From contig OX597814.1 in assembly GCA_951406725.2 (NCBI GenBank), positions 199,144,001 through 199,208,000 on the forward strand: a DNA stretch of 64,000 nt, read 5' to 3'. Shown piece after piece: positions 10,601-22,935 of the stretch (positions within the stretch are counted from its first letter, which is position 1; each line of letters starts with the position of its first letter). Under the pieces are notes generated by a model. The model was given only the letters and a program-made list of their open reading frames with translations, ran no database searches and was not told where the DNA came from. The DNA is from Octopus vulgaris (Eukaryota). A program made the position numbers and the translations under genes.

Positions 10601-12389
10601 TGTTTCTTTATTAGCCACACAGGGCTGCACACAGATAGAACAAATTACAAGGTAGAGCTTTTCTTTTGAAGGTTTAAAAAAAAAAAAAAAAAAAAAAGGA
10701 AGGGGGAGTTTCGATCAAAAGGGATCGTAAAAGGAGAGAAAGAGGACAAAAAAAGGGGGGTTAAAAAAAAAGGGGGAGAGGAAAAAAAAAAAAAATTGAT
10801 CAATAGGGATCGTTATCACAGAAATGTCAATATGAAGTGTAAAGGGGAGGACAGGTGAGGTTTACCCGTGGAAAGAAAAGCCTACGGAAAAGACCACGGT
10901 AACCTCGGTCAATGAAGTCACATTTTATATTTCTTTTTTTTTTTTTTTGCAAATAAGCAACTCTCTGTTTTCGATTTCTGGGTTCATAGGACTATGCTCA
11001 AGGTGGCTTCGTCATTCATACGTGCCATTCTTGCTACATTCACCCATCTTTTTTTAAAACATTCGCTAGACAAAACTTGCCTCTCTACTCTCACTTTCCT
11101 TTTCAAGTGGTACTTGAAGAAGTTGATGAGTGATTGACCAGAGAGGAAAGTGTTTGTCTCCAATCCTTTCAGACGCGTCCACCAGATACATTCTTTCGCC
11201 ATAGCCACAAGGATGATGAAAATAGCTCTTCCTTCCCGTTTGAAGGAAGGAGGCGTGACAATATTGACGATAGACTCAGCTGATAAACCGACTCGTCCCA
11301 CACGTGACAGCAGTTGTTCGACATAAGCCCACAGGTCGGAAATTGTTGGACACTGAACGAGTGCGTGCAGAACGGTTTCGTCGCTCTGACCGCATCTCGG
11401 GCAGGTCGGCCCCGTGTTTCTCGAGCCGTGTCTGTAGAGCTTATCCCGAACGGGTAGCGCTTCTCGGTAGCACTGCCAGGCCAGGGATCTCTGGAAGTTG
11501 TCCATGGGCCCTGGCCCGAAAGTCGTCCTGAACAGGCGGGTCAGGTACTCCTCGTCGACGTCCAGGTTCGCCCCGAGCTCGTCGTCGTACCTCCCCTCCA
11601 CTAAACCCCTATAGAATGCTTTGGTTGTGTTGAAGTCACTTAAGGTCGACCCAGGACGGCAGAGTTGCTTGAGAGCAACGCGACACTCGCGGTGCCATTC
11701 GCCCTTCCTCGGCCTCTTTTTGATCCACGACTGCAGTTCGGTCATGGAGACGAGCTGCGGGAAAGCGTGCCTCACAAACGGCGACCACACCTGTTCACCG
11801 TCGTCTACATAGAGCCAGAGATGCCGCAGTCTCAGCGCGTGTCTGCGCATCATCAACCACGGCATGCCCAGCCCTCCTTTTAACGGGTGTTGACAGCAAA
11901 TGGATCGCCTGACGATCGGGACGCATCCTTTCCACAAGAAGCGAAAGAGGATGCGTTGTAGTTTGGTGATGGTAGGGTCGGGACAAGGTACGACGGTCAG
12001 GCGGTAGTAGATGACGGACGCGATGTACGTGTTCGCCACCTCCGCTCGACCTTTTAGGGACAGTTTCCTCTCGGCCCATTGCCGGGCGAGAGTGACCACC
12101 CTACTCGTTATCTCGTTCCAGTTCTTCTCCACTTGGAGGTCCGGACCAAACCAGACCCCGAGCAACTCAACTGGGCCGTCGGTCCAGCGTCCCACGACGG
12201 AGGCGTTGGTGGACGGCATGGGCTTGCTTCTCCAGGTGCCTAGTCGCAAGCCCACTGACTTTTCCCGGTTGATTTTCGCTCCTGTCACCGCTTCGTAGTT
12301 TTTCAGTGTCTCGCCGACCAGCTCGATGTGCTCGTGGCTAGACACTATGACGGTGACGTCGTCCGCGTATGCAGACACGCTCGTCCCGA
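10601..12389 (-). mobile_element. 5'-truncated Tx1-clade (L1 group) non-LTR retrotransposon inserted in (GATA)n
   Basis: GC-rich uninterrupted ORF2 C-terminus plus about 380-bp 3' UTR ending aataaagaaaca directly into (TCTA)n; (GATA)n on both sides. Confidence 0.92.
10984..12378 (-). CDS. Tx1-like ORF2 C-terminal part: RT (AYADD) plus zf-RVT zinc finger; no true start codon
   Basis: SAYADDV, GAKINREKS, LGVWFG, W..RKLSLKGR, GGLGMP, CPRC..ETVLHALVQC; 464 aa without stops. Confidence 0.9.
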   Translation of the reverse strand: MSAYADDVTVIVSSHEHIELVGETLKNYEAVTGAKINREKSVGLRLGTWRSKPMPSTNASVVGRWTDGPVELLGVWFGPDLQVEKNWNEITSRVVTLARQWAERKLSLKGRAEVANTYIASVIYYRLTVVPCPDPTITKLQRILFRFLWKGCVPIVRRSICCQHPLKGGLGMPWLMMRRHALRLRHLWLYVDDGEQVWSPFVRHAFPQLVSMTELQSWIKKRPRKGEWHRECRVALKQLCRPGSTLSDFNTTKAFYRGLVEGRYDDELGANLDVDEEYLTRLFRTTFGPGPMDNFQRSLAWQCYREALPVRDKLYRHGSRNTGPTCPRCGQSDETVLHALVQCPTISDLWAYVEQLLSRVGRVGLSAESIVNIVTPPSFKREGRAIFIILVAMAKECIWWTRLKGLETNTFLSGQSLINFFKYHLKRKVRVERQVLSSECFKKRWVNVARMARMNDEATLSIVL

Positions 12390-12602
<213 letters not shown>

Positions 12603-12609
12603 CATTGTA

Positions 12610-12870
12610 CTATCATTACGAGAACATATTCGAAATGAAATCATTCGAGAACGGAACAAAATGAATGATGTGATCGCAAAATGCCGAAAATACAATATCT
12701 GCTTAGTCGCACATGTAAAGCTCATAACAAAAGGGTTGTTGAGTGGAATGCAAGCGCTCTGAAAAGCCGCTCAGAAAGTGGCCACGGCGATGGGAAGACG
12801 ATTTAGTTAAAAGTTTTGTGCAAAGAAGGTAAAGAACGACAGAACGAAGAAAGAATGGTAAACGCCTTAC
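12610..12870 (+). pseudogene. RTE-like LINE C-terminal remnant
   Basis: Translates [23 protein letters not shown] and, after a frameshift, KWPRRWEDDL; resembles the RTE-type IRNEEIRRR..GHV..RP..RW.D region. Confidence 0.6.
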
Positions 12871-12904
12871 GACAGCATATTCGAAATGAGATCATTCGGA
12901 AAAG

Positions 12905-13725
12905 GTGATACAATGATATATAATAGATTGTATGTGTGTGTGTGTGTGCGTGTGCGCGTCTGTGTATGTGTGTGCGCACCTATATGTGTGTATAGGTATG
13001 TGCGTCTGTGTGTGTGTGTATGTATGTGTGTGCATGCATGTGTGTCTGCGTATGTGTGTGTGTATGCATATGTGATACAATGATATATATAATAGATATG
13101 TATGTGTATGTGTGTATGTGTGCCTCTATGTATGTGTGTGTGCCTATATATGTGTATACGTATGTGCGTCTGTCTGTGTGTGTGCCTGTATGTGTGTATG
13201 TATGTGTGTGTGCATGTATGTGTGTATGCGTATGTGTGTGTGTGTGCATATGTGATACAATGATATATATATAATAGATGTGCGTGTGTGTGCCTATATG
13301 TGTGTATACGTATGTTCGTCTGTGTGTGTGTATGTATGTGTGTGTGTGTATGTGTGTATGCGTATGTGTGTGTGTGCATATGTGATACAATAATATATAT
13401 ATAATAAATGTGTGTGTGTGTATGCGAGTGTGTGCCTCTGTGTAAGTGTGTGTGTCTATATGTATGTATACGTATGTGCGTCTGTGTGTGTGTTTGTATG
13501 TATGTGTGTATGTATGTGTGTGTGTATGTATGTGTATGTATGTATGTATGTGTGTGTATGTATGTGTGTATGCGTATGTGTGTGTGCATATATAATACAA
13601 TGATATATATAATAGATATGTATGTGTATGTGTGTATGTGTGCCTCTGTGTATGTGTATGTGCCTATATGTGTATATACGTATGTGCATCTGTCTGTGTG
13701 TGTTTATGTGTATGTGTGTATATAT
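12905..13725. repeat. Compound (TG/TATG) minisatellite with higher-order units
   Basis: Spacer (gtg)atacaatgatatatatataatagat recurs near 12905, 13072, 13252, 13382 and 13594. Confidence 0.85.
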
Positions 13726-14022
13726 CCAATTGCAGAATAAAAAGCTGATTTAGATTTTCTTTTTATGACATCACACATTACGTATAACAACATAAGTTAC
13801 ATAACCATTAGACGTGTTTCAATGGCGAATATTACTGCGTTGTATAGTAATCGTAAGGAAGACGATATTGCCACAACTTCAACTGACCAATGGAGGGAAA
13901 GGTCGCGTAATCTTAGCCCACGCCCTCTCTAAACCTGCCTTCCAACAGTGTCGTGTTAGTTTCAGTTCCAGCATCCATAATTACTCAGCAAGCGATTGTA
14001 CAAGGTAACCAAGGAAGGAAAG

Positions 14023-14063
<41 letters not shown>

Positions 14064-14079
14064 TTCTACCTCATTGGCG

Positions 14080-15175
14080 CTTAAAAAAATCGACGTGATT
14101 TATAAAGTTGAGAGAAACTCACCGATCTAAATGCTTTATTCATCATAATGAATTAAATCTATTTGCAAAGTCGGAGAATGATTTCAATTTACTTAAAGCA
14201 GCAAAGGTGTTTTGCAGTAATATTGAAATGGTGTTTTGTGCATGAAGCTTAGTTATGAAGCAAGAGAAGAAAGCTCATTTTAATGGAAAGATTTTATCAA
14301 AATAACGGATGCTAAAGCCTGACGACAATGATAATAGATATGAATGCCTTGGCATTCAAGAACTCAATGACATCATGCATAAGGAAATGAAGGGGAAAAT
14401 ATATATATATATATGGGAAAAGATTAAAGCATGTACTGAAGTTCAATGTAAATTCAAGGAATGTGATAGATGCGATCAGCATGCGATCAGTTTCTGTCGT
14501 AGATTATAACGTTGGATCAGTGAATTGGGCACAAGATGAAATAGATGCAGGAGACAGAGAAATAAACCTTCAATATGAAGTGAGTGCAACATCTAAGAGC
14601 AAATGTCAGTCATTTATAGATGAAACGAAAGGAGGCTGGAGTGAGGAGAGTTACTGCATTTGCATTTCTGTTTGCGAAAATGAAAAGCAGATTAGTAAAC
14701 AGATTAGTAAAATTGCAAAGAGCGAAGAAGAAACGGTCTGTAATAAAATTTGAAGATAATTTGCGAGATACAGAGAGCACTGGCAGAAATGCACTTACAT
14801 GGACGGAGATGCCAAGAATTAAAAATTATGACTCACTGTACAGCAGTAAGAGTTTCTTTGGAGCTGTTGAAGATTAAGCACTAGATACTAGTCCGGAGAG
14901 CAAGGATATGTATTGTATCACTTCAACAAACTAATGCTACATTAGTAATTGGTGAGTAGAAAATATGCAGCCTATTGTAGCAGCGTGCAAAATATTAGCT
15001 TAGAAAGAATAGAAGCAACAGCATAAGTCTGTCTCAGAAATGTTGCTAATACCTGTTGTCATAGGAGCCCTAGGAATGATAACAAAAGGGGATGATTCCT
15101 ATCTTGCTCAGATACCTGGAAACTCCAAAATGGCAGAAATTCAAAAGAGAGTGCTTACTGGTATGAACATCATCT
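14080..15175 (+). pseudogene. Decayed R4/Dong element (RT to C-terminus), preceded by (AAT)n
   Basis: LNLFAK, YECLGIQE..MHKEMKGKI, DAIS..VSVVDY..VNW..EID, KRKEAG, IPVVIGALGMI..QIPG..EIQK. Confidence 0.8.
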
Positions 15176-15204
15176 TGAGCCGGTCGTTAAAGGTAAAAAT
15201 TTCA

Positions 15205-15720
15205 CTATCTTCTGGGATTTTCCAATCAACACCAAAAGAACGATCCAGGCTAATCGACCAGACACAATTATTAAAGATAGGAAAGAAAAAAACTTGTACA
15301 CTAATAGATGCGAGTGTTCCCACTGATAAAAATATATGTAAAGAAATTTGACAAACCTAGTAAATTTAAGGACCTGGAAATTGAAATGCAAAAGATGTGG
15401 CATTTTAAAACGAGAACTGTTCCTGTTATTGTAGGTGCCCTAGGAATGATAAAAAAGGGATGTCAGAAATATCTAGATAAAATCCTAGGAGAATCATGTC
15501 TCAGAGAAATCCAAAAGATTGTGCTAACAAGTACTACCCACATCCATAGAAAAACCCTATCCATTTAATTGTCTATGTCGTATTACATAAAGATATTTCT
15601 CTATCTCTCCCATCCAAGTTTTCAGTCATACTGTAACATCTCTTATCCTTCACTCGTCCCAAGAAGCTGGGTGTGTCTCGGTAAATGACTGTAACAAACA
15701 TGCAGATTAAAAGCAAAAAT
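15205..15720 (+). pseudogene. R4/Dong 3' fragment with restriction-like endonuclease domain and 3' UTR
   Basis: TIQANRPDTIIKD..CTLIDASVP..KFKDLEIEMQKMW..VPVIVGALG..EIQKIVL (PD..D motif); followed by aataataata. Confidence 0.85.
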
Positions 15721-15964
15721 GCCAATAATAATAGTCATTTCTACTAAATGCACAAGGCCTGAAATTTGGGGTGGGGAGGGATAGTCAATTACTCCAGTAC
15801 TCACCTGTACTTAATTTATCGACCCCGAAAGGATGAAAGCAAAATCGACCTTGGCAGAACTAAGAACGTAAAGAAGGGCGAAATGCCTCTAACTATTCTG
15901 CCGACTCGCTACCTTGATATAATAATAATAATGATGATGATGATGGTTTCAAATTTTGCCACAA

Positions 15965-16228
15965 CCTAGCCATTGAATTGCAGACACTATATGAAAAGTG
16001 CAGGTAAAATTTATCCTAGTAGTTATAGGTGCATTAGGAACTATCCCTAAAGATTTGAACAGATGGACAGAGGAGATAGGCATAAACCCAGTTTAGTACA
16101 GCTCCAGAAAACAGTGTTATTAGGGACATCTAGGATACTTAACAGGGTTCTTGGCATCTAAGGCTTACCTGTTGTAGCCCGATCTTAGGAATTTTGCTTT
16201 GCCAAAAGTCTAATCTCTTCTGTATATA

Positions 16229-16230
<2 letters not shown>
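15965..16230 (+). pseudogene. Third R4/Dong 3' end, followed by (AAT)n at 16230-16293
   Basis: LAIELQ..VVIGALGTIPKDL..LQKTVLLGTSRILNRVLGI*. Confidence 0.8.
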
Positions 16231-16283
<53 letters not shown>

Positions 16284-16870
16284 TAATAATAATAGTGTAT
16301 GTGCTCGTGCACGTATGTCTGTCTTGGTGTATAAAATTATTCAAATCTGTTCTCGGAGTATCTTATTCCTTAAATCAATAAATTTCATTCCACTCTGTCT
16401 AACAAAGTTGAGTACTTTATTCGCTTTGTTGTAATATAAGCCGGTGTGAACCAACAATTACCTATCTACGATCATATGTGCGTACATGCATATATCTGCG
16501 TATGTATGTTTGCTTCTTCGTGCGTATTTATGAGAGTATAATGCATGTACAACTCACCGATGAATATTTGCCAAGAGTACAGAAGTAGTGGACGTATGGA
16601 TCAATACACTAATGACCAACGTAATTGAAATGATGGTGCATGCAACGTATAACATTATGTATCACATTACAAGCTTTCATTGTGACTTAGTAGAATTCGA
16701 TTTACAGTTGGAAGCATCATCTCGCATCGCTAATATTATGCGGAAAAGTATAAACTTTACAGCCTCTTATTTTTAGGAACCGTTGCATGTATTGGGTGCA
16801 GCAAATACATTTATGTCTTATTTAAAATAATAACTTATTCGTTATTCAAACATGAATTGAAACAACTTTA

Positions 16871-17292
16871 GGATCTTTTCGGTTTGAACGGCAGTTTTTA
16901 ACATAATTTCTAGGTAACTAAAAAAAATTTAAACTTCGTATACTGGTAGAATGTGTTTATAAAACATCTTTTTCTCTTGGTTTTATTGAGAAAATTCTAT
17001 AGTTTGTAAGATATTTGTTGTTGTTTTCTTCAATTTCTGCAATTTCAACCAATCAATGACGTCCATTGAGGTAAAAAAACATTCTGTGCTGTATGAATAT
17101 ATCCCTCGTTTAAGAAACAGATTGGGTTTATTTACATTTGTGAAGAAAAAAAGATACCCTTCACCCCACCCCTAACCCTAACTAACCCTAAAACAGATTG
17201 AAATGCAATAGATCGATACTAGGGTCATAATTATGGGTGACAATTTTATATGACACCGCTAGCAAAAACTACCGTTCAAACCGAAAAGATCC
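16871..17292. mobile_element. Non-autonomous DNA transposon (Merlin-like MITE) with 8-bp TSD caac(t/c)tta
   Basis: About 28-bp TIR GGATCTTTTCGGTTTGAACGGCAGTTTT; GG termini plus an 8-bp TSD fit Merlin; second copy at 30228. Confidence 0.85.
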
Positions 17293-17974
17293 CAACCTTA
17301 TTAGCAAAAAATGGCTGCAAGTGTTGTAGAAGCCTTCCTAATATTCTTTTGCTTTATTGTTTATCCTTGATTAGTAACATGCCGGCAGGAAAATATCATT
17401 CGGTGAGACAAGCTGACACTGAATTAGCTTCGCTGATTGACAGGCGACGGTCTCGTTTAAAGAATGCGTGGGCTAAGACTACACGCCTTCATTGGTTAGT
17501 TAAAGTTGAAACAGTGTCACGTGACAATTTGCTGGGGATGCCTGCTGGAGCGTAGCAGCAGGTATTTAAAGGGAAAGTTGACAAGACAGTCAGTCGCCCG
17601 CTGTCACTTGTTGACGCTACATCGAAGAGGCCAAGGAACAGAAGAAAGAAGACATGCACCCAACACCAGAGCTGAAGACACCTCCGAAAGAGTGGGGCGC
17701 CACGTTAAAACGGTAGAGGAGTAGGGGCCGAAACCAACGGTGGTTCCTCCTGATGTCTTGAGCTAACTGGATCTTATAAAGGAGCTGTTGTGGTAGCAGA
17801 CCACGAAACACGGTTGAAATTCCAGCAACTCAAACAGAACATGAATAAATTGTAGCATTGAAATGACTGGTATAAACAATTGTAAATGGAAGATGGCTGA
17901 CATGAAGAATTAAGAGTTAAAGTGAGAGCAAAGGGTAGCCATGATGAATTGTTAATATTTATGTAAAACAATGG

Positions 17975-18160
17975 TTTCAAATTTTGTCACGAGGCCATCA
18001 ATTTCGGGAGAGGGAATAAGTTCTTAGCATCAACCCCAGTATTCAAGTAGTTCTTATTTTATCGACTTCGGAACAATTTGAACTCAGAACGCAAAGACGG
18101 ACTGAATGCCGCTAAATATTTTGTCCGGCGTGCTAACGATTCTGCCAGCTCACCGCGTTA
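17975..18160 (-). mobile_element. SINE family A, degenerate
   Basis: tttgaactcagaacg..cggcgtgctaacgattctgccagctc. Confidence 0.75.
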
Positions 18161-18320
18161 GATACATGTAAATTATTGTCACTAGATAAAACAATCAACC
18201 TGTTAGCTTACATTACATAAACCTAAACATTTTATTTTAAAATGAATAATGGGGGAATATGCCGCACCCAGTACATGACTACGTAACAATATAACCTGCG
18301 TGATGACATAAACGTTAGTT

Positions 18321-19137
<817 letters not shown>

Positions 19138-20074
19138 TTGGGCATTTATGTATTTAAAGTTCAGCGTTTCATTATACCTTCATCTTTTACAAAAGTGAGA
19201 ATTTTTTCTTTGGTTGTGGCGGTTTGGTTAAAACAATTGGCAGCAGTATTGTGGACTCGATTCAGTTGCCATACACCAACCCCAAAAATAAATCAATTCT
19301 GTTTCTAGCTCATATGTAATATTTATGGGGAAGGGGCGTGGCCTAGTGGTTAGGTGTGCTGCTCTCCCAATCTTCAGATCTTGGTTTCGATTCCCAACCC
19401 ATGTGTTACGTTCTTGAGTAAAACACTATATTTCACGTTGCTCCAGTTTTATGAGGTGTAAATGGAGAACCTGCGATGGACTAACCCAGCGGGGAGGGGT
19501 CATCGTTCGAAGGCTAAAAACGGTGCAAAGTGCATTGTTACAAGTAATGTATAACAATACCCGATAGTCTTATCGATCATGTGATGTAATATTGATACTC
19601 AACTGTTATCATACTTTGTTGTTTACTCCTCAGTCAACTCTGATGACAGTTTACCTATCGTTAAATACATTCCATCCACGACCATCTCATCTGTTTATTT
19701 CGACATGGTATAATTAGGTTTTGGCCTTCTCGCATAGCCGAGTGGTGTCATCCGAAAGCTGAAACAATGCGAAGTACATCGTGACCAGCGATGAAACATC
19801 CGATTCTCTGATCGATACCTTGATAATTAGGTCCCGATTTATTCAATGTTTATTTTTTTTAGTTATTTTTGGGGCTCGTATTGAAGGAGATGTGGCTGCT
19901 TTGTAAACTAGGACAAACTATCCCGTGAACCTACCGCAACTGAGCCTTGGCAGAAATGCTATCAAATTATAAAAGGGTGCGCCAAAAAAAAAAATCTGCG
20001 AAAATTTATATTCATATTTTTGTAAATATATGTGAGATTTTTCTGCCGTAACTTACACTGACAGAGACTCACCT

Positions 20075-20609
20075 TAAAGGAAAGAAAAAGGTCAATAAAT
20101 ACTTGCCATTACATTTTTAATCAACCAAATATGAACCATTTTGTTGCACAATGCGTCTCCATCTTTCCTTTAACTTGAAAATACCCTCTTCCCAAAATTG
20201 AGGTGGTTTCATGGCAAAGAATTCATCAAGGTATCTTTTTACATCATCCAAGGAATTGAAAGTTTTACCATTAAGACTATTCTGCAGAGACCTGAATAAG
20301 TGGAAATCCGAAGGAGCATTATCTGGTGAATATGGAGGGTGGGGTAACACATCCCAGCCGAGCTGCAGCAATTTTTGTCTGGTTCCGAAAGCAGCAAGTG
20401 CCGAAAATGAACTTTCTTATCTTCCATTTTAAAGGATTACAGAATTAATACAGGTTATAGGAACATAAACCGTCTTCCACGAAAAGATAGCTTAAACCGT
20501 GCCCTAAATGAAAGTGTAGTCAAATCCTATTTTATGGACTCAACCATGTTCTAAAATAAGTCGAAAGGTAAGCTACTATAAATCGGCACGAACTTTCCGG
20601 ACAACCCAA
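20075..20609 (-). mobile_element. Internally deleted mariner element
   Basis: TA|ttgggttgtccggaaagttcgtgccgattt terminus at 20609; N-terminal MEDKKVHFRHLL joined to C-terminal LGWDVLPHPPYSPDNAPSDFHLFRSL..GI.KL.ERW. Confidence 0.9.
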
Positions 20610-21044
20610 TATTTATAAATTACTAAGATGTTTATTTGAAATAGCAAATTTATATTGATTTATAAAAGATGCAGTATTTTGAGGAGATTATGGTTAATTT
20701 TGAGGAGAATAGTGAAGACAATTTCATTAATGAACAGTGTATGACTTCCTTATAGATATTTTATCGATCACAAAAGAACGAATGGAAAAGTTGACTCGCA
20801 CGTGATTTAAACTGAAGGATCTAAAAAGAAGTTACTGTCAAATTGCCACCGTTTTCTTTTATAGCAAAACTATATTCTAGTATAACTGAACCAATAATAT
20901 TTGATTCTATACACAGTCGATCGAGTTGCCAGGGATAAACACCCAAGTCTTCAGGTTCCTAAGTAATGTCTTTAAAATAATAAAGGCCGCACTGGGCATT
21001 GTATTGCTAATTGCCATAAGTCTACATAACAGAAAGACGAGATT

Positions 21045-21463
21045 AAGGTAGCGAGCTGGCAGAAATGTTAGCATGCCGGGCGAAATGTTTAGCAACATTT
21101 CGTCTGCCGCTACGTTCTGAGTTCAAATTCCGCCGAGGTCGACTTTGCCTTTCATCCTTTCGGGGTCGATTAAATACGTACCAGTTACGCGCTGGGCTCC
21201 GATGTAATCGGCTTAATCCGTTTGTCTGTCCTTGTTTGTCTCCTCTGTGTTTAGCCCCTTGTAGGTAGTAAAGAAATAGGTATTTCGTCTGCCGTTACGT
21301 TCTGATTTCAAATACCGCCGTGGTCGATTTTGCTTTTCCTCCTTTCGGGGTCGATAAATTAAGTACCAGTTACGCACTGCGCTCCGATTCAATCGGCTTA
21401 ATCCGTTTGTCTGTCCTTGTTTGTCTCCTCTGTGTTTAGCCCCTTGTGGGCAATAAAGAAATA
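21045..21463 (+). mobile_element. SINE family A, head plus two tandem body units, 14-bp TSD agaaagacgagatt
   Basis: TSD at 21031-21044 and 21464-21477; internal junction aaagaaata-ggtatttcgtc. Confidence 0.9.
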
Positions 21464-22283
21464 AGAAAGACGAGATTTTTAGGATGGATTTTCCTTGATA
21501 ATTTATCCTCTCAATGAAGTTTGATCAGTGACTAACGAACAACAAGGTTACTAAGATTAACAGTTTATTTTTCAAATGAAACATTGGATACAGAACTATT
21601 CAGAGTTTAGAAACACAGTCAACACAAACTCACTTTCTTAAACACGAAATACAAACCACTTTAGACTATTGTCGTTATTATCTTATAGGGCTGACGAGGT
21701 TGATATATAATCAAAAATGGTCCCTCGAGTATCATTTCATCTTGTGATCTGTTTTTACATTTTATATTTTGTTTCTTCGAGACTATAAAGATAAGTTAGC
21801 TGCTATGTGTGGCAGTCGAGTAAGTGCATACACTCCATCTTTGTTATGCTACTTTCATAGTTGAATGCATATAATTATTTTGCCGTTTAATCAGGCGAAT
21901 TATTTTTAGAAGAAAATAAGTCGATAGCGCAAAGATTTTTATATTCATACAAAAACGATATGCGTTTTTAAAAACGCACAGACTGCCTGCAAAAGTATGT
22001 GTGTGTGTGTATGTGTGTAAAAGATATGGGGAAATTTATAAATTGTAGAAACTGCATCGTGGAAAAGAAATATAAATATTGTGTTCGACATTTTCAGTAA
22101 AGGGAGAAAGCTATTAAAATAGGTCAAAAGGTCATAAATCAGTTATTTTTACCTTTTAATGGGCAGATCTTCTACTTGTCTGTTTTCGTTTGCAATAAAA
22201 TATTCATTACGGTTCCGATACGATGACAAGAAGCCATTTTCTTCTATTAGACAGTCACAAAACTGAAACGTTAACCCCCCCCC

Positions 22284-22284
<1 letters not shown>

Positions 22285-22315
<31 letters not shown>

Positions 22316-22336
22316 TATGTATATATATGTATTATG

Positions 22337-22367
<31 letters not shown>

Positions 22368-22861
22368 TATGTATATATATGTATGTATTATGTATGTATG
22401 TGTATGTAAGTATATATATAAGTATATGTATAATATATATTTATGGGTGCGTATTAAGGTTTCTGTTTTGTGACTAATTAGACAGTCAGCTATATACTTA
22501 TATACATACAAATATATTATGCATATATATATATGTATATATATGTATATATATACATACATTCATATATATATTATGCATATATATATATGCATTTATA
22601 TATATACATATATATATATGCATATATATATATATGTATGTATATACATATATATATATGTACATATATATATTATGTATATATATATATATGTCTATAT
22701 GTGTGTGTGTTTGTGACTGTGTGTATATATATATATATATATTCATATATTATATATAAATACATACATATATATATATATTCATATATATTATATATAA
22801 ATACATATATGTATAAATGTATATGTAGGTATATGTATACAAATATATATATATGTGTGTG

Positions 22862-22894
<33 letters not shown>

Positions 22895-22935
22895 GAATAT
22901 ATATACACATATATATACATACACAGACATATATG
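22285..22935. repeat. Long compound (TA)/(TATG) low-complexity tract
   Basis: Direct reading. Confidence 0.9.

Noticed and set aside
11304-12298. Overlapping plus-strand and alternate-frame ORFs within the Tx1 element
   Set aside because: By-products of GC-rich coding sequence with no recognisable motifs
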